NCBI GenBank assembly: GCA_965287045.1
Contig: OZ336870.1
Location: 41,788,001 to 41,852,000, forward strand
Length of the DNA: 64,000 nt
From: Carcharhinus amblyrhynchos
Lineage: Eukaryota
Direction: 5' to 3'
Part shown: piece after piece, positions 50,809-63,146 of the stretch
Position numbering within the stretch: the first letter of the stretch is position 1
How the letters are laid out: every line of letters starts with the position of its first letter
Notes under the pieces: generated by a model
The model's database searches: none
What the model saw: only the letters and a program-made list of their open reading frames with translations
What the model was told of the DNA's origin: nothing
Translations under genes and position numbers: made by a program

Positions 50809-51329
50809 TATAAAAAATAAACAAGCTTCTACTCAGTAACCACATCAAAAGCAACTAATCATTTGATAGTTGAATTAAAATATGGACTCAGGACCCGCAT
50901 ATAAGTGTTTTTAGCTTTTGAAACTCAGTCAAACATTTATAATAACTCAGCTGCAGTAACAACCTTTGTGAAATATCAACAATGAACTCCGCTGAAATCG
51001 CAGAGATAATTTCTTTTTTTGACCAACACCAAATGACCCATCAATCAAAACCATCTTGCAGCTGACTTTTTAATAACTTTAATCAACAGTTTCAGCTTGT
51101 ATTATTCATTTTTAAAAGTTTGGGATTTAGATAATAATATGGGCAAATGTTTTTGTACCCAAGAAGGGAGAGTTACAAGGTGAAGTAAGTAAGGAGATCC
51201 AGAGGACATATAATGGCTGAATGAGTGGTCACCAGTAGTGAAATAGAGGGAATAGGTATAAGTACAAGCCGTTTATTGGATGAGCAGAGGGGCATTAGGC
51301 ATAAGCTGATTTTCAAGATGGGTTGGAGG

Positions 51330-51980
51330 GATGGAGGTCTTTCTGCAAGGCCTCACAAGGCAACTGTACAGGGCATTGGTGAGGCCGCAGCTGGAGTACT
51401 GTGTGCAGTTTTGGTTGCCGCACTTGCGCAAGGATATTTTGGCCTTGGAGAGAGTGCAGAGGAGGTTCACTAGGCTGATACCGGAGATGAGGGGGTTGGA
51501 CTATGAAGAGAGACTAAATAGACTGGGTCTGTACTCATTGGAGTTTAGAAGGATGAGGGGGGATCTTATAGAGACGTCTAAGATAATGAAAGGGATGGAT
51601 AGGGTAGAGGTAGAGGGATTCTTCCCGCTCAGAAAGGACAGCAGGACTAGAGGGCACAGCCTCAAGATAAGGCGGGGGTGGGGGGGGGGGGGGGCGCGGT
51701 GGGTGGGTGCAGTTTAGAACGGAGTTGAGGAGGAACTTCTTCACTCAAAGGGTGGTGAATCTCTGGAATTCTCTGCCCGTTGAAGTGGTGGAGGCTACCT
51801 CGCTAAATATATTTAAGACATGGGTAGATAGGTTTTTGGCAGACAAGGGAATTAAGGGTTATGGGGAGAAAGCGGGAAAGTGGAACTGAGCCACTTCAGA
51901 TCAGCCATGATCTTATTGAATGGCGGGGCAGGCTCGAAGGGCTAGATGGCCTACTCCTGCTCCTACTCCTTATGTTCTTA
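51330..51980 (+). mobile_element. CR1 LINE 3' end, young subfamily, with an expanded G run
   Basis: LYRALVRPQLEYCVQFW...RTRGHSLKI, a frameshifting G run, then FRTELRRNFFTQRVV. Confidence 0.92.
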
Positions 51981-53112
51981 CACACACAGTGCCTTACCAA
52001 GGAATGACTTGTGAGAGGCCAGTGGAGTATCTTCCGAGTGCTGTGTGTCTAGAGACATGCACGATTTAGAGGGAACATTGGTCATAAGTAGTCTATAAAT
52101 AGCATTAAATAATTGAAGTTAAATGTGAGAGAAACCTTGAGATCTGGTGCTCAACATCTCCAGTCACCACAGAGCAGCAATCAACTAGACATGTAGATGC
52201 ATATAGCCAAAACTGTAGATAACAAGTCAAAGTCGTACTTAATATTGCTGCAAATACATCATGTTTAAAGTGTTGCCCAGCAATGGTCATTGATGTACAA
52301 GGGAGTTGAGTCAAAAAAGAGTCATGAGACAGATGTTTAACATTGGAGGTCTAGGTTTGAGCTATTTAATTTGGAAAGAGATTTTAGAGATACGTTAAGA
52401 TGATGAATTTGTAGGAACACTGCTTCAAATTAAAGTGTGACAGTAGACTGAGGAGACTTAAAGCTGGTGAGATGTAAATTTAAGACTGCTTAGAAACTCT
52501 TCCATTTAAAGCATAACGTGCACATGAAATGAACTTCTTGGGTTGGGTTATGGAGCCAAAACTCCTGGTATCACTGACGATACAGACAGACGTTGTAGAG
52601 ACGTGATTGTTTCTCGCACCTGAATGGATCAGCTGTAAGATTCCTCAAGTATACTTATTTGCAACTTTGTGGGAAATTGAGATGAAGGATCATGTCCCTT
52701 TATGAATTTCACCCATAATGTTGCATGGAAAACTAAAAAGAACTTTTGCTTGGATTTCTCAGCTGCAAAGTATATCAGCTATCTATCATTCTGAATGCTT
52801 AGTGTTAATGTCTGCAGATAACAGAAATTTTAATTTATGCTCATATCTGTCAGATCTGCCGTATGCTCATGTTTAGCCAATAACCTGCTTTCAGAAAATG
52901 TTTTCATTTGTAAAATACACTTCTCAGAAACCAACGCATTAGTAACAAAATGTTTTACACTCTTAATTGTAGCAGAGTACTTTGTTCTATAATGGTAATG
53001 ATCTGAGGTCAATAGCATCAGTTTCACTTGTCAACATATGAAAGCTAACTAACAGATTGGCCAACAAACCTCATCATTATTGATGAATTCTAGAACTTTC
53101 TTATCCCAGGTG

Positions 53113-53795
53113 GAAAACCCAGCTTGCAGGTGCAGCAGGTGGTCAGGAAGGCAAATGGGATGCTGGCCTTCATAGCGAGGGGGATTGAATATAAAAGTAG
53201 GGAGGTCTTGCTGCGGCTGTATAGGGCATTGGTGAGGCCGCAGCTGGAGTACTGTGTGCAGTTTTGGGCGCCGTACTTACGCAAGGATATTTTGGCCTTG
53301 GAGGGAGTGCAGAGGAGGTTTACTAGGCTGATGCCGGAGTTGAGCTATGAGGAGAGGCTGAATAAACTAGGCTTGTACTCGTTAGAGTTTAGAAGAATGA
53401 GGGGAGATCTCATTGAGACGTATAAGATGATGAATGGGATGGATAGGATAGAGGTGGAGAGACTCTTCCCGCTCAGAAAGGATAATAGGACTAGGGGGCA
53501 CAGCCTCAAGATAGAGGGGGGGAGGTTTAGAACAGAGTTGAGGAGGAACTTCTTCACTCAAAGGATGGTGAATCTCTGGAATTCTCTGCCCGTTGAAGTG
53601 GTGGAGGCTACCTCGCTAAATATTTTTAAGACGCGGGTTGATGGGTTTTTGATAAGAGAGGGGATTAAGGGTTATGGGGAGAGGGCGGGAATGTGGAACT
53701 GAGCCACGACAGATCAGCCATGATCTTATTGAATGGCGGGGCAGGCTCGAAGGGCTAGATGGCCTACTCCTGCTCCTATTTCTTATGTTCTTATG
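53113..53795 (+). mobile_element. CR1 (HER1-like) LINE, young, 5'-truncated; open ORF2 C-terminus 53124-53702
   Basis: 192 uninterrupted codons KANGMLAFI...RPQLEYCVQFW...GIKGYGERAGMWN. The 3' UTR ends (ttcttatg)2. Confidence 0.95.
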
Positions 53796-54114
53796 AAATG
53801 CAAAACCAGCAACCTGGCATCTAACGTTTCCCACTGTCCAAACTGGTTGATAAGTTATGGGATTTTCTAGATTCATTGCTGTGTGTAAATCCAAGTCCTT
53901 GTTCTGTGGACACATTCGTCAACAAATGTTTTTCATGCTTAAATGGAGATTAAACCAGCCGATCCTCACATTGTGCGATTGACTTAAGTTTTTTTGAAAA
54001 AGAACAAAACCAGTCAATAAAGCAATGCGAAAGGAAATTTATGGCTGCAAATGACTTTATGGAGAAAAAGAAACTCGCAATATCATTCATTATGTTTCTT
54101 ATACAAAAGGTGGC

Positions 54115-54235
54115 GGGGGATTACCAGGGTAAATTTGTGTGCCTATGGGGATAGGGGCTGGGTGGGATTATGGTCAGTGCAGACTTGATGGACCGAATGG
54201 CCTCCTTCTCCACTGTCATGATTCTATGATCTATG
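54115..54235 (+). mobile_element. HE1 V-SINE 3' part
   Basis: gggtgggattatggtcagtgcagacttgatggaccgaatggcctcc. Confidence 0.8.
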
Positions 54236-54445
54236 AAGATAAGAGTGTGTGATCTAAGCATTAAAAGTATTTTCAACAAGAACCAGAGTTTAAAACTAAC
54301 TTAAACACCTTTTTAAAAAACATTCATTCAAGGGATGTGAGCAGCACTGTCCATGACTTACATCCTAAAACTCCCTGAATAAACCTTTCTTGCCAATCTC
54401 CTTCCTTAACTCTTTTCTTAAAAGTAATCAAGCTTATCTGTCCAA

Positions 54446-54748
54446 CCATCGAGTCTGCACCGACCACAATCCCACCTGGGCCCTACCCCCACATTCCTAT
54501 GTATTTTACCTGCTAATCCCTCTAACCTAAGCATCCTAATACACTAAGGGGCAATTTTAGCATGGCCAATCAACCTAACCCGCACATCTTTGGACTGTGG
54601 GAGGAAACTGGAGCACCTGGAGGAAACCCACGCAGGCACAAGGAGAATGTGCAAACTCCACACAGACAGTGACCCAAGCCGGGAATCGAACCCAGGTCCC
54701 TGGAGCTGTGAAGCAGCAGTGCTAACCACTGTGCTACCGTGCTGCCCC
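54446..54748 (-). mobile_element. HE1 V-SINE, near-consensus head
   Basis: ccgggaatcgaacccaggtccctggagctgtgaagcagcagtgctaaccactgtgc. Confidence 0.9.
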
Positions 54749-55314
54749 AATACCACATTTTATTTGATAACGCTCCTTTTGGTATCACATTTTATTTGAT
54801 AATACTCCTTTTTAAAACTATGTCAAATGCATAGTTCCTTTGTTGTTGTTGCTGTTTCTGTAAACTTATAGAGGTATACACTGTGCCATATTAAATGGTG
54901 TAGATAAGATATTTTCTTCAAACCAAACCCAGCAATAGGTACACAGGTTTAGATTAGTAAAAGGCAAACCTAGATTTGATGCCAGTATTTGTTTATTAAC
55001 ACACTGAATATAATTCTGGACAGTTATGAAGGCATAAACTCAAAAATCATGTAAGGAATGGGTAGATGTTGTGTTAGGAGGATTACATGGATGCACTAAC
55101 ATGAATGACCCTCCTCATCTGTATTGGCATGCAATTACAAATCTGGCCGGGACTGATAAGCTGATTGTCTCCTCTCTCTTCTTACTACTAAAGGCTTAGT
55201 GAAATGAATTTGGCTAGTCTCAAATCAGTTCTTACTTGAAACAAAGTCTAAGACAGCCTGTAACTTGGCAAAATTGATAAACTCATTCAGGGAATGCTCT
55301 ACTGAAGCATTAAA

Positions 55315-56020
55315 AAAAGGGATGTGAGTGTTGTTAGCAACGCCAGCACTTATTGCCCTCAAGAAGGTGATAGTAGGCACCTTCTTCAACCACTAAAGTC
55401 CATGTGGTACAGACGCACCCACAATGCTGCTAGGAAGGGCGCTCTATGACTTTGAAAGTTTTAAGTCAAGGTGAAGAGAGACTTGGAGGTGTTTCCATAT
55501 GCCTGTTGCCTTTGTCTTTCTAGACGGTAGAAGCCATACATTTGGAAGATGCCAACAGACTGCCAATGAAGGTGAATGCGATGAGGCACTGTAACTAATT
55601 AAAGAGGTGGCAAGTGTAAGGTGTCACATTGTGTGAGGGCAGTCTGAACTTGGAGCTGAATAATTGTTGGGGACAGATTAGAGCGCACATTACCGTAACT
55701 CTTGCCCCAATCCTGACGCCGCTGTTGGAATTGGGAACATGTTTTATTCACCTGTAATTTCATTTCATGTTGAATGAACCTTGGTATGTTGCTCCCATGT
55801 GTCGTGTACATGTTATACACTGCTACCTCTGTATAGCTAGTCAACGTTTAAGGTAGTGGATGGTATGCCAATCCAGTGGGTTGTTCAGTCCTGGATGGTG
55901 TTGAAGTTCTTTAGTGTTGTTGGATTCACAAGTGAAGAGTATTCCTATCAAATTCTTGACTTGTTCAGGATAAGATATACCTTGGGGTGAAGGAGAAGCA
56001 GCATTGCTCTGCTTGTACCT
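55315..56020 (-). mobile_element. LINE family X 3' fragments
   Basis: gggatgtgagtgttgttagcaacgccagcacttattgccc...; gtcctggatggtgttgaagttctt. Confidence 0.6.
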
Positions 56021-57083
56021 GCTTATTAAGGGAGCAGGCAATGTTAACAATAAAGGGTATTGAGGGATAAGATATCAAGGTTGGTAAATGGAGTGAAGAT
56101 GCAGATTACATCTAGTTAAATGGTGGAACAATCCCAAGGCTGAGTAACGTATTCCTATGATCTTATGAGAGACAAGGCTACAATACCATGTAAAGGCAAA
56201 TCTCGAACCTACATTCTTCGCTTGTGTCAAGTGAGGCTCCACATTGCTGGGAGAATCTTGCCATCTATGTCCTCAAATGGCATAAGTGGAAAAATGTTCT
56301 ATTCCCAAGAAGTAATATCATTCAATATAATGAATATAAAATTTAATTTAATTAAACTAAATTAAATTCAATATTCACTGATGAGTTTTTTATTCTATAA
56401 ACCAGTAAACTACAGATAGAGTTAAATTCAACAAAAACTACAAAACAAATACTTGGCAGTTGGTGAGCCCCTTTAAAATCATATTGCAATAATGTATTAA
56501 AATCTTAAATATTTCAGGAAATGATTCTGAATATTTCAGGAAATTATTCCAAATGATATGAGAAATAATCTGCAATTAGTTACAATGAAGAATCACCAAT
56601 TAAAGTGTTTGGCTAAGTTAATAAATTCTATTCAAATAATTTCAACACCGAACAAAACTAGTTTGAGAGGAATATTTATATTCTTGACTTAAATTTGATG
56701 AGTGGGTCCAGGCCCCTGCCCACAAATCTCATCATTTGTAAGTGCACAGCTCTAGACAGCAGACTGGTGGTGCTATAGTGTAGAAGCAAAATGCTTGGCA
56801 GCATTGTTAAGCACTGCAGCCCTGATGGGGGAGTGTTCAGGTTGAGTTCACTTCAACCGCAGCAGAAAACTGAGAGTCCAAGCAACAAACTTCTGTTACG
56901 GCACAGAGCTAACATTTGACTAGACTGATGGGAGTTGGGGGGGGGAGCGGTGGTGTGAGGGAGGAAAGAGGGAAAGGGTGCTGAATAGAGTGTAGGCTGG
57001 CAGGCTGGGGAGGTTAAATTGATCTTTGGTGATAACATGAAGTAGCTAACAACAAAGTGACAGTTAGCCTGTTTTAAGGCTGG

Positions 57084-57375
57084 AGTGGTGGTTAGCACCT
57101 CTGCCTCACAGCACTGGGGAACCAGGTTTGATTACCAGTTTGAGTCACTGAGTCTGTGTAGAGCCTGAACATTCTCCCCATGCCTGCGTGGGTTTCCTCC
57201 GGGCACTCCTGTTTCCTCCCACAGTCTGAAAGACATGCTGGTTAGGTGCGTTGGCCATGATAAATTCTCCTTCCGTGTACCCGAACAGGCGCAGGAGTGT
57301 AGCAGCTAAGGGATTTTCATAGTAACTTCATTGCAGCATTAATGTAAGCCTACTTGTGCCACTAATAAATAACTT
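57084..57375 (+). mobile_element. V-SINE tail type B
   Basis: Head, V-domain and tail gtaacttcattgcagcattaatgtaagcctacttgtgccactaataaat. Confidence 0.88.
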
Positions 57376-58559
57376 GAAAACAAAATTGAGCCAGATAATC
57401 TTTACAATTGGAAATGTCAATCAGGGACTATGTAAAATAGGCTGCTGATTATTGTCCATTTTGTACCAATTTCACTCCCTTGGTCTAGCAAATATCTACG
57501 GAATCAATTCCAGATACTTCTACAAAACAGAGTTGGGATTCAGCAACAAATTCCCCTGCAATGGGGTCCTGAGATTTAGATAAAAACTCTCAGTCGACAC
57601 AATTGGAATTTTACTACAATCTCCCAGTGAACGCAGAGCTGGGATTTAGCTTTAACTCTCAGTGTAATATCGAAGTAGCATTTAGTAATTCCTTTCATAA
57701 ATCACTTATAAGCTCTAGAAGAATCATCAGCATTAGGAAATGCTTGCTGTGTGTTATTTTTAGTGAACATTGCTCCGAAGGTGTATGGGAAATCTTTCCC
57801 ATATGGAATACAACTGCAAGAAAATCAGAAACTTTATTTTAACTGAATCATTCTTTCCATTTTAAAGTTAAAGGTTACTCAGCTTACTCATTTAAAACTG
57901 TCACTAAAGACGTGAGCAGAGAGGTGAGGCAAATTTCTATCCCTGAGCCATATTGGAGCACAAAATAGCTTTGCCACCGTGAGTAGTTGCAGGAGACCAC
58001 TTTGTATCCCTTAAAAAAAGAATTGGATAAATATTTGATTTGAATCAAGATAAAAAGCTATGCAGAGAGTGTGGAGCCATGTGGTTTGTTCTATATTGTT
58101 CTAGCAAGGAACCAAGATGGTCTCCATCTCTGCTGTTATCTTTTACCGTTCTGTGGCTCCACAACGAAAGAGATGATATCCTTCATCACGTGTGTCATTG
58201 TAACATATCACCTTTTAATCTACTACATGTCTATTTCGTCATATATTTTAACTCTTGTTTCAAATTACTTTTTACTGATACTACTGGATTTGATTTAATT
58301 TTGTTCTGTTTCATTCTTTCTCTTCCTTGCCTTTCTGTATCTTTTGTTTCAGTTACCACTGCACGACATGACGGAGGGTATCCCCAAGGTGAAGACAGGA
58401 CTTTGTCTCTGGGAAGACTGTGCAGTGGTCACTCCTACCACCATTACTGTAATTGTGCTAATAGATACATTAGCCATGTAGAATAATAATGAAGAGGTCA
58501 AGCATATTTTTCCTTCTTGCTGGTTCCCTCCCCACCTGCTGCAAACTCAGTCGAACAAC

Positions 58560-59790
58560 TCCATTTTGTAAGAGTTAGCCAACTCAGCTACTGACCTACT
58601 GTTGGTAACTGAAGTCCCCCACCCAGAGTACATTCTATGCTCTTGCCACCCTCAGTGTTTTCTTCAAGTGGTATTTTACATGGAGGAATACATGGAGGCT
58701 GTAGGTGGTGGTAACCAGTAGACTGTTTCCTTGCCCTTATTTGATCTAACTGATATTTGAGAGTTCATGGGATTCAGAGGCATTGTTCAATACTCCCAGG
58801 ATAACTCCTGACTGTAAAACACTGTGCTTCCATCACTGGGACAGGACATAACCAGAAACAGTGATGGTGGTGTCTGGGACATTATCTGTAAGGTATGATT
58901 ATGTCTGAGGACACCTCCCCGACTTTGGCACACACCCCCAGATGTTAGTAAGGAGGATTTTGCAGGGTCAACAGGGCTGGAGGCACCATTGTTGTTTTTG
59001 GTGCCTAGGTTGATACTGGGTAGTCCATTTGTTTTAATTCCTTTTAGGCTTTGTAGAAATTTGATACAATGGAGTGGCTTGCTAGGCCATTTCAGAGGAC
59101 AATCGCCTTGCTGTATAGTTCAGATTCACATGTAGGCCACACCAGATAAAGATAGCTAATTTTCATCATTGGTGAGCCAAATTGGTTTTTACAACAATGG
59201 TCGTGTTATGATCACTATCACGCTTTTAATTTCAGATCTAAGTTTTGAAGTTTATTTATTAGTGTCTCAAGTAGGCTTATATTAACACTGCAATGAAGTT
59301 ACTGTGAAAATTCCCTAGTCACCACATTCCTTGGGTACATTGAGGGAGAATTTAGATGACCAATCAACCTAACCCACACACTCCAAAGATGTACAGGCTA
59401 GGTGGATTGGCCATGTTAAATTGCCCCTTAGTGTCAGGGGACTAGCTAGGGTGAATGCATGGGGTTATGGGGTTAGGGCCAGGGTTGGTTGCAGACTTGA
59501 TAAGCCGAATGGCCTCCTTCTGCACTATAGGAGTCTATGATTCTATGATTCCAAGATCTTTCGGACTGTGGGAAGAAATCAGAGTACCTGGAGGAAACCC
59601 ATGCCGACACGGAGAGAAGGTGCAAACTCCGCACAGACAGTGACCCATGCCAGGAATCGAACCCAGGTCCTTATTGATTAAATTTAAATTGAACCAGCTG
59701 CTCTGGTGGGTTTTGAACCTGCGTCCCCAGACCATTAGCTTCGGCCTCTGAATCACTGATCCACTGACATTACCATCATGCCATGTCCCC
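58560..59790 (-). mobile_element. LINE family X 5' end: tRNA-like head and 5' UTR (59790-59070) contiguous with the AP-endonuclease region
   Basis: The minus strand reads head, ...cctctgaaatggcctagcaagccactc..., then ..TNIWG..PK.GE.. and SYLTDNVPDTTITVSGYVL...LLVTT, which are endonuclease motifs. Confidence 0.7.
59240..59670 (-). mobile_element. V-SINE tail type B containing an inverted HE1 3' half (59381-59551, +)
   Basis: Type-B tail at 59240-59360. A plus-strand HE1 piece ending ctatgattctatgatt follows, and the minus-strand body resumes at about 59555. Confidence 0.8.
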
Positions 59791-60525
59791 TCTGAATATG
59801 TGGATAAATTTTCATAGCCATTGGTATTGTGTGAAACTTGTGAGGTTACACAAATACAGTTTCTGATCCTAGGTGCTCTTTAACATGTAATTGTAAAGAA
59901 CAAAATAGAGCACAGGGCCAGTAAGGAGAATATATTCCCTCCTCAATCATAACATTCTATTTAGGTAGGTTTAGATATTCCAGTCAGTATTACACAGTGA
60001 ACAAAAGGCACAATGTTATAAGTTGTGGCACTGTAATCATGGCTGCAGACTCAATAAGGTTAAATAGAATTAGTTTGTTATTTATCAGAACCTAAGGGTG
60101 TAGGAGGTACAGGAAGGGAAGGGATGGGGTCAGAACAACTCATTGGTTTATTTCTTCATTTTTAATCTAAGAGCAAGTCTTTTCCTTTTAGAAAAGAGCT
60201 CTGGTAGTTTTATGGTTATGGCATCATACAGTGAACCATGCTATTTCCACATACAGTGCTATCAAACATATATTATTTCAACTCACCAATATCTTTAATC
60301 CAAACGCTCTATAGGTTTGAAGTCATAAAATAATCCAGTAGTTCTATTGAGTGATAAGCATTTATTTTTGTCTAAATGTATTCTTAGCACTAAAACAAAA
60401 AAGGTAGGTTTCTAGTAACATAGGACTATTAGTGACAGACAATTCCATTGAAACTATCCCTGGCTCCAAATGGAAAGGCTTTCAGCTATTCCTTTCTTCA
60501 GGGATATTTCATATTTGTTTACTCA

Positions 60526-60733
60526 TCACAGTGCAGAAGGAGGCCATTTGGCCCATTGAGCCTGCACTGACAGCAATCCCACCCTATCCCTCCCCCTGTA
60601 ACCCCACGCATTTACCCTGATAGTGTTAGGGGAGACTAAGGGGCAATTTTGTATGACCAATCCACCTAACCTGCACATCTTTGGCATGTGGGAGAAAAAC
60701 AGAGCACCGGGAGGAAACCCACACAGACACGGA
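60526..60733 (-). mobile_element. HE1 V-SINE lacking its head
   Basis: cagtgcagaaggaggccatttggcccattgagcctgcac...gaggaaacccacacagacacgg. Confidence 0.85.
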
Positions 60734-61271
60734 AACACATTTGCTTAAAAAATTGTTCAATTTTTATTATCTTCATAACTGATATGTTTTTCTGTAATGG
60801 ATGATCATAATGAATCATATACATTGCAGCCTGCTTGTGATTAACCCTGATGAAATTCAATTTTAACTGAAGATGAAGTTTTACTCTAAGTGCCCTTTTC
60901 AAATTAATTAATTCAAAATTTATAATGCACCTAATAAGAACGAGTGTGTGTCTCTTTTAAGCAATCTCATTGGGCATTAGAATCACAAAATCTTTCTTTT
61001 TGTCAAAAAATATAATTGGCAATTAGCAATCATGTGACCTTTCAAATATGAGAGATATTTTCGGCCATCTCATTGTTCGATAGTAATTACATGGCCTTTC
61101 TATAATACACTCCTGTCCAGCAGCAAACTATTAAGCTGCTGATGAAAATGTGACCAAACTGATTATTCCACATTTGATTGATAAGTCTCTGGACTCATAC
61201 TCATAAGGCCGGGCAAAGTTGGAGATTCAGGTGCAACACTGTGCTCAACTCCTTATCTTAAAGTTACCAAC

Positions 61272-61577
61272 AGGCGGCATAGTGACTCAGTGGTTAGCGC
61301 TGCAGCCTCACAGTGGCAGAGGCCTGGGTTCAATTCCAGCCTCCAATCACTGTACGAAGTTTTCACATTCTCCCTCTGTCTGCGTGGGTTTCCTCCAGGT
61401 GATCCGGTTTCCTCCCACAGTCCAAAGGTATGCGCGTTAGGTTGATTGGCCGTGCTAAATTGATCCGAGTGTCAGGGGATTTGCAGGGGTTACAGAAATA
61501 GGGAGTGGGTGGGATTGTGGTCGATGCAGACTCGACGGTCTGAATGGCCTACTTCTGCACTGTAGGGGTTCTTCTAG
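61272..61577 (+). mobile_element. HE1 V-SINE
   Basis: Head, V-domain and CR1-type tail gaatggcctacttctgcactgtagg. Confidence 0.88.
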
Positions 61578-63146
61578 GAAATCATAGCAGACTCAGTCAC
61601 TGCTGCCTTACTGGTTGGAAACGGGCCTGCCTCAGCTCTATTCAGACTCCATCTACTCAGATCTTTCCAAGCTCTGCTTCTAGTTAGGTAAGAGTCATTG
61701 GCATCCGAGTCTAGGTCACAGTTGGAGGGTGCAAATTGCAAGCAGGGCTCATAATTGAGTGCACAGTCTTAATGCCACGGCTGACTGATTGGCTGATTTC
61801 CCCATGGTGGATTTGCTTGGGAAGTCATTTGATTTGCTGCTTCCTGTGCACCCATTCAGAACACCAAGCCTACCCAGAAACTGAAACCCTGGAATTACAT
61901 GCTGCCTTCTTTCCAACAGACTAATTACCCCCACATCTTATAACTGGAGAAGCTGGACTGCCAGTCCATCCGTAGCAGGTTGAGATTCTATGATTCCCGG
62001 TTCATTTACTTACTGGGAAGCTGCAGTAAAGACCAGCTGTTTTGCTTTTGTTCCCTTTTATTAGACTTGCATAAAGCTCAAGTTAACATTATTCCATACG
62101 CTGTTCAGGGACGCAGTTTGCTTGGCACGTGGTTTAAAGTGTTTAGGAGAACAGCAATCATTGTAAAACTTCCAACGTGAAGGCAACAGAGCTGGTGGGG
62201 CAGCCCCTCTATCTACTGGTATGATTTAGTTTCCCTATATTTATGCCACATCATTTCCTTTGCACTTGTTGTGTTTATTTCCCATTCCAGGATTGTCAGC
62301 AGACTGTATGCCATTGCCATTTAATGTGAAACATATATTTCACAAGAAAGGTGATGCAATACTAGTGACACCACAGAGCTGACAGGGACAATTCCCTATC
62401 ATTTATTCCTATTGCAGGATGACAGTTGGAGGAACAGCTGGTTGGGAAATTATGGGTCTGTGGACCAGTGTTATAACTGGACTGGAATAACTTGGTCCAG
62501 CCACTGATTAGTTCTGGGCTGCAGGTTTACAGCAAGCAGTTGGAATCTTATCAAGGTGAATAGGCTTCATGGTGTCCAGTGCTTCTTAATGTCATATGAA
62601 GTGAACCAAATTGGCATGATGGTGGTGTTTATAATGGGCAGGATGTTGAGGGAAAGTCATGTGGAGTCATCAACTTGGCACTGTCTGCTGAGGAAACTAG
62701 AAAAACACTTCAACCGTGTCTCTCGCATGGGCGAATGAATGACACAGTTTGTTTATGTAACTGGGGTGGTGGTGATATAAAAGTTTTATTTATTTATGAA
62801 CTTAATTATTCATTTTTCTTTTTGAACAGGAGATCAACTAGGAAAGCTGAATAGCTTTTGTTGTGTTTCTGTCAGAAATGTCTCTGCCAATTTTAGTGAC
62901 GTTATAAGTAGTGGCATTGTCTGCCATCAACCTAACGGGTGAACACAAGTGACTGACCCTTAGCATTGTGGGAAGTTGTAGAGATGGTAACAGAGTGTTG
63001 TTAGAGACTGTCACTGACCTGCATAATACAGGGAATCTTGCAGTTAAATTTACTTTCCTTGCGCAGCAACTCCTCCCTCAGAGTATGTGGATATACAATT
63101 GTTTCTAAATAAAGAATGATGTAATCCTCTCCCTCAAAGGACAGGC

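Noticed and set aside
53124-53702. 192-aa ORF, and the 244-aa ORF at 63240-63974, as host genes
   Set aside because: Both are CR1 ORF2 C-termini followed by CR1 3' UTRs. The first is 5'-truncated.
54754-54812. 32-bp tandem duplication, and similar short ones at about 9974 and 56508
   Set aside because: Ordinary slippage duplications with no further structure.
58353-58388. Cadherin-like TARHDGGYP motif
   Set aside because: Spacing differs from A.D.G.P and no other cadherin-repeat motifs are nearby.
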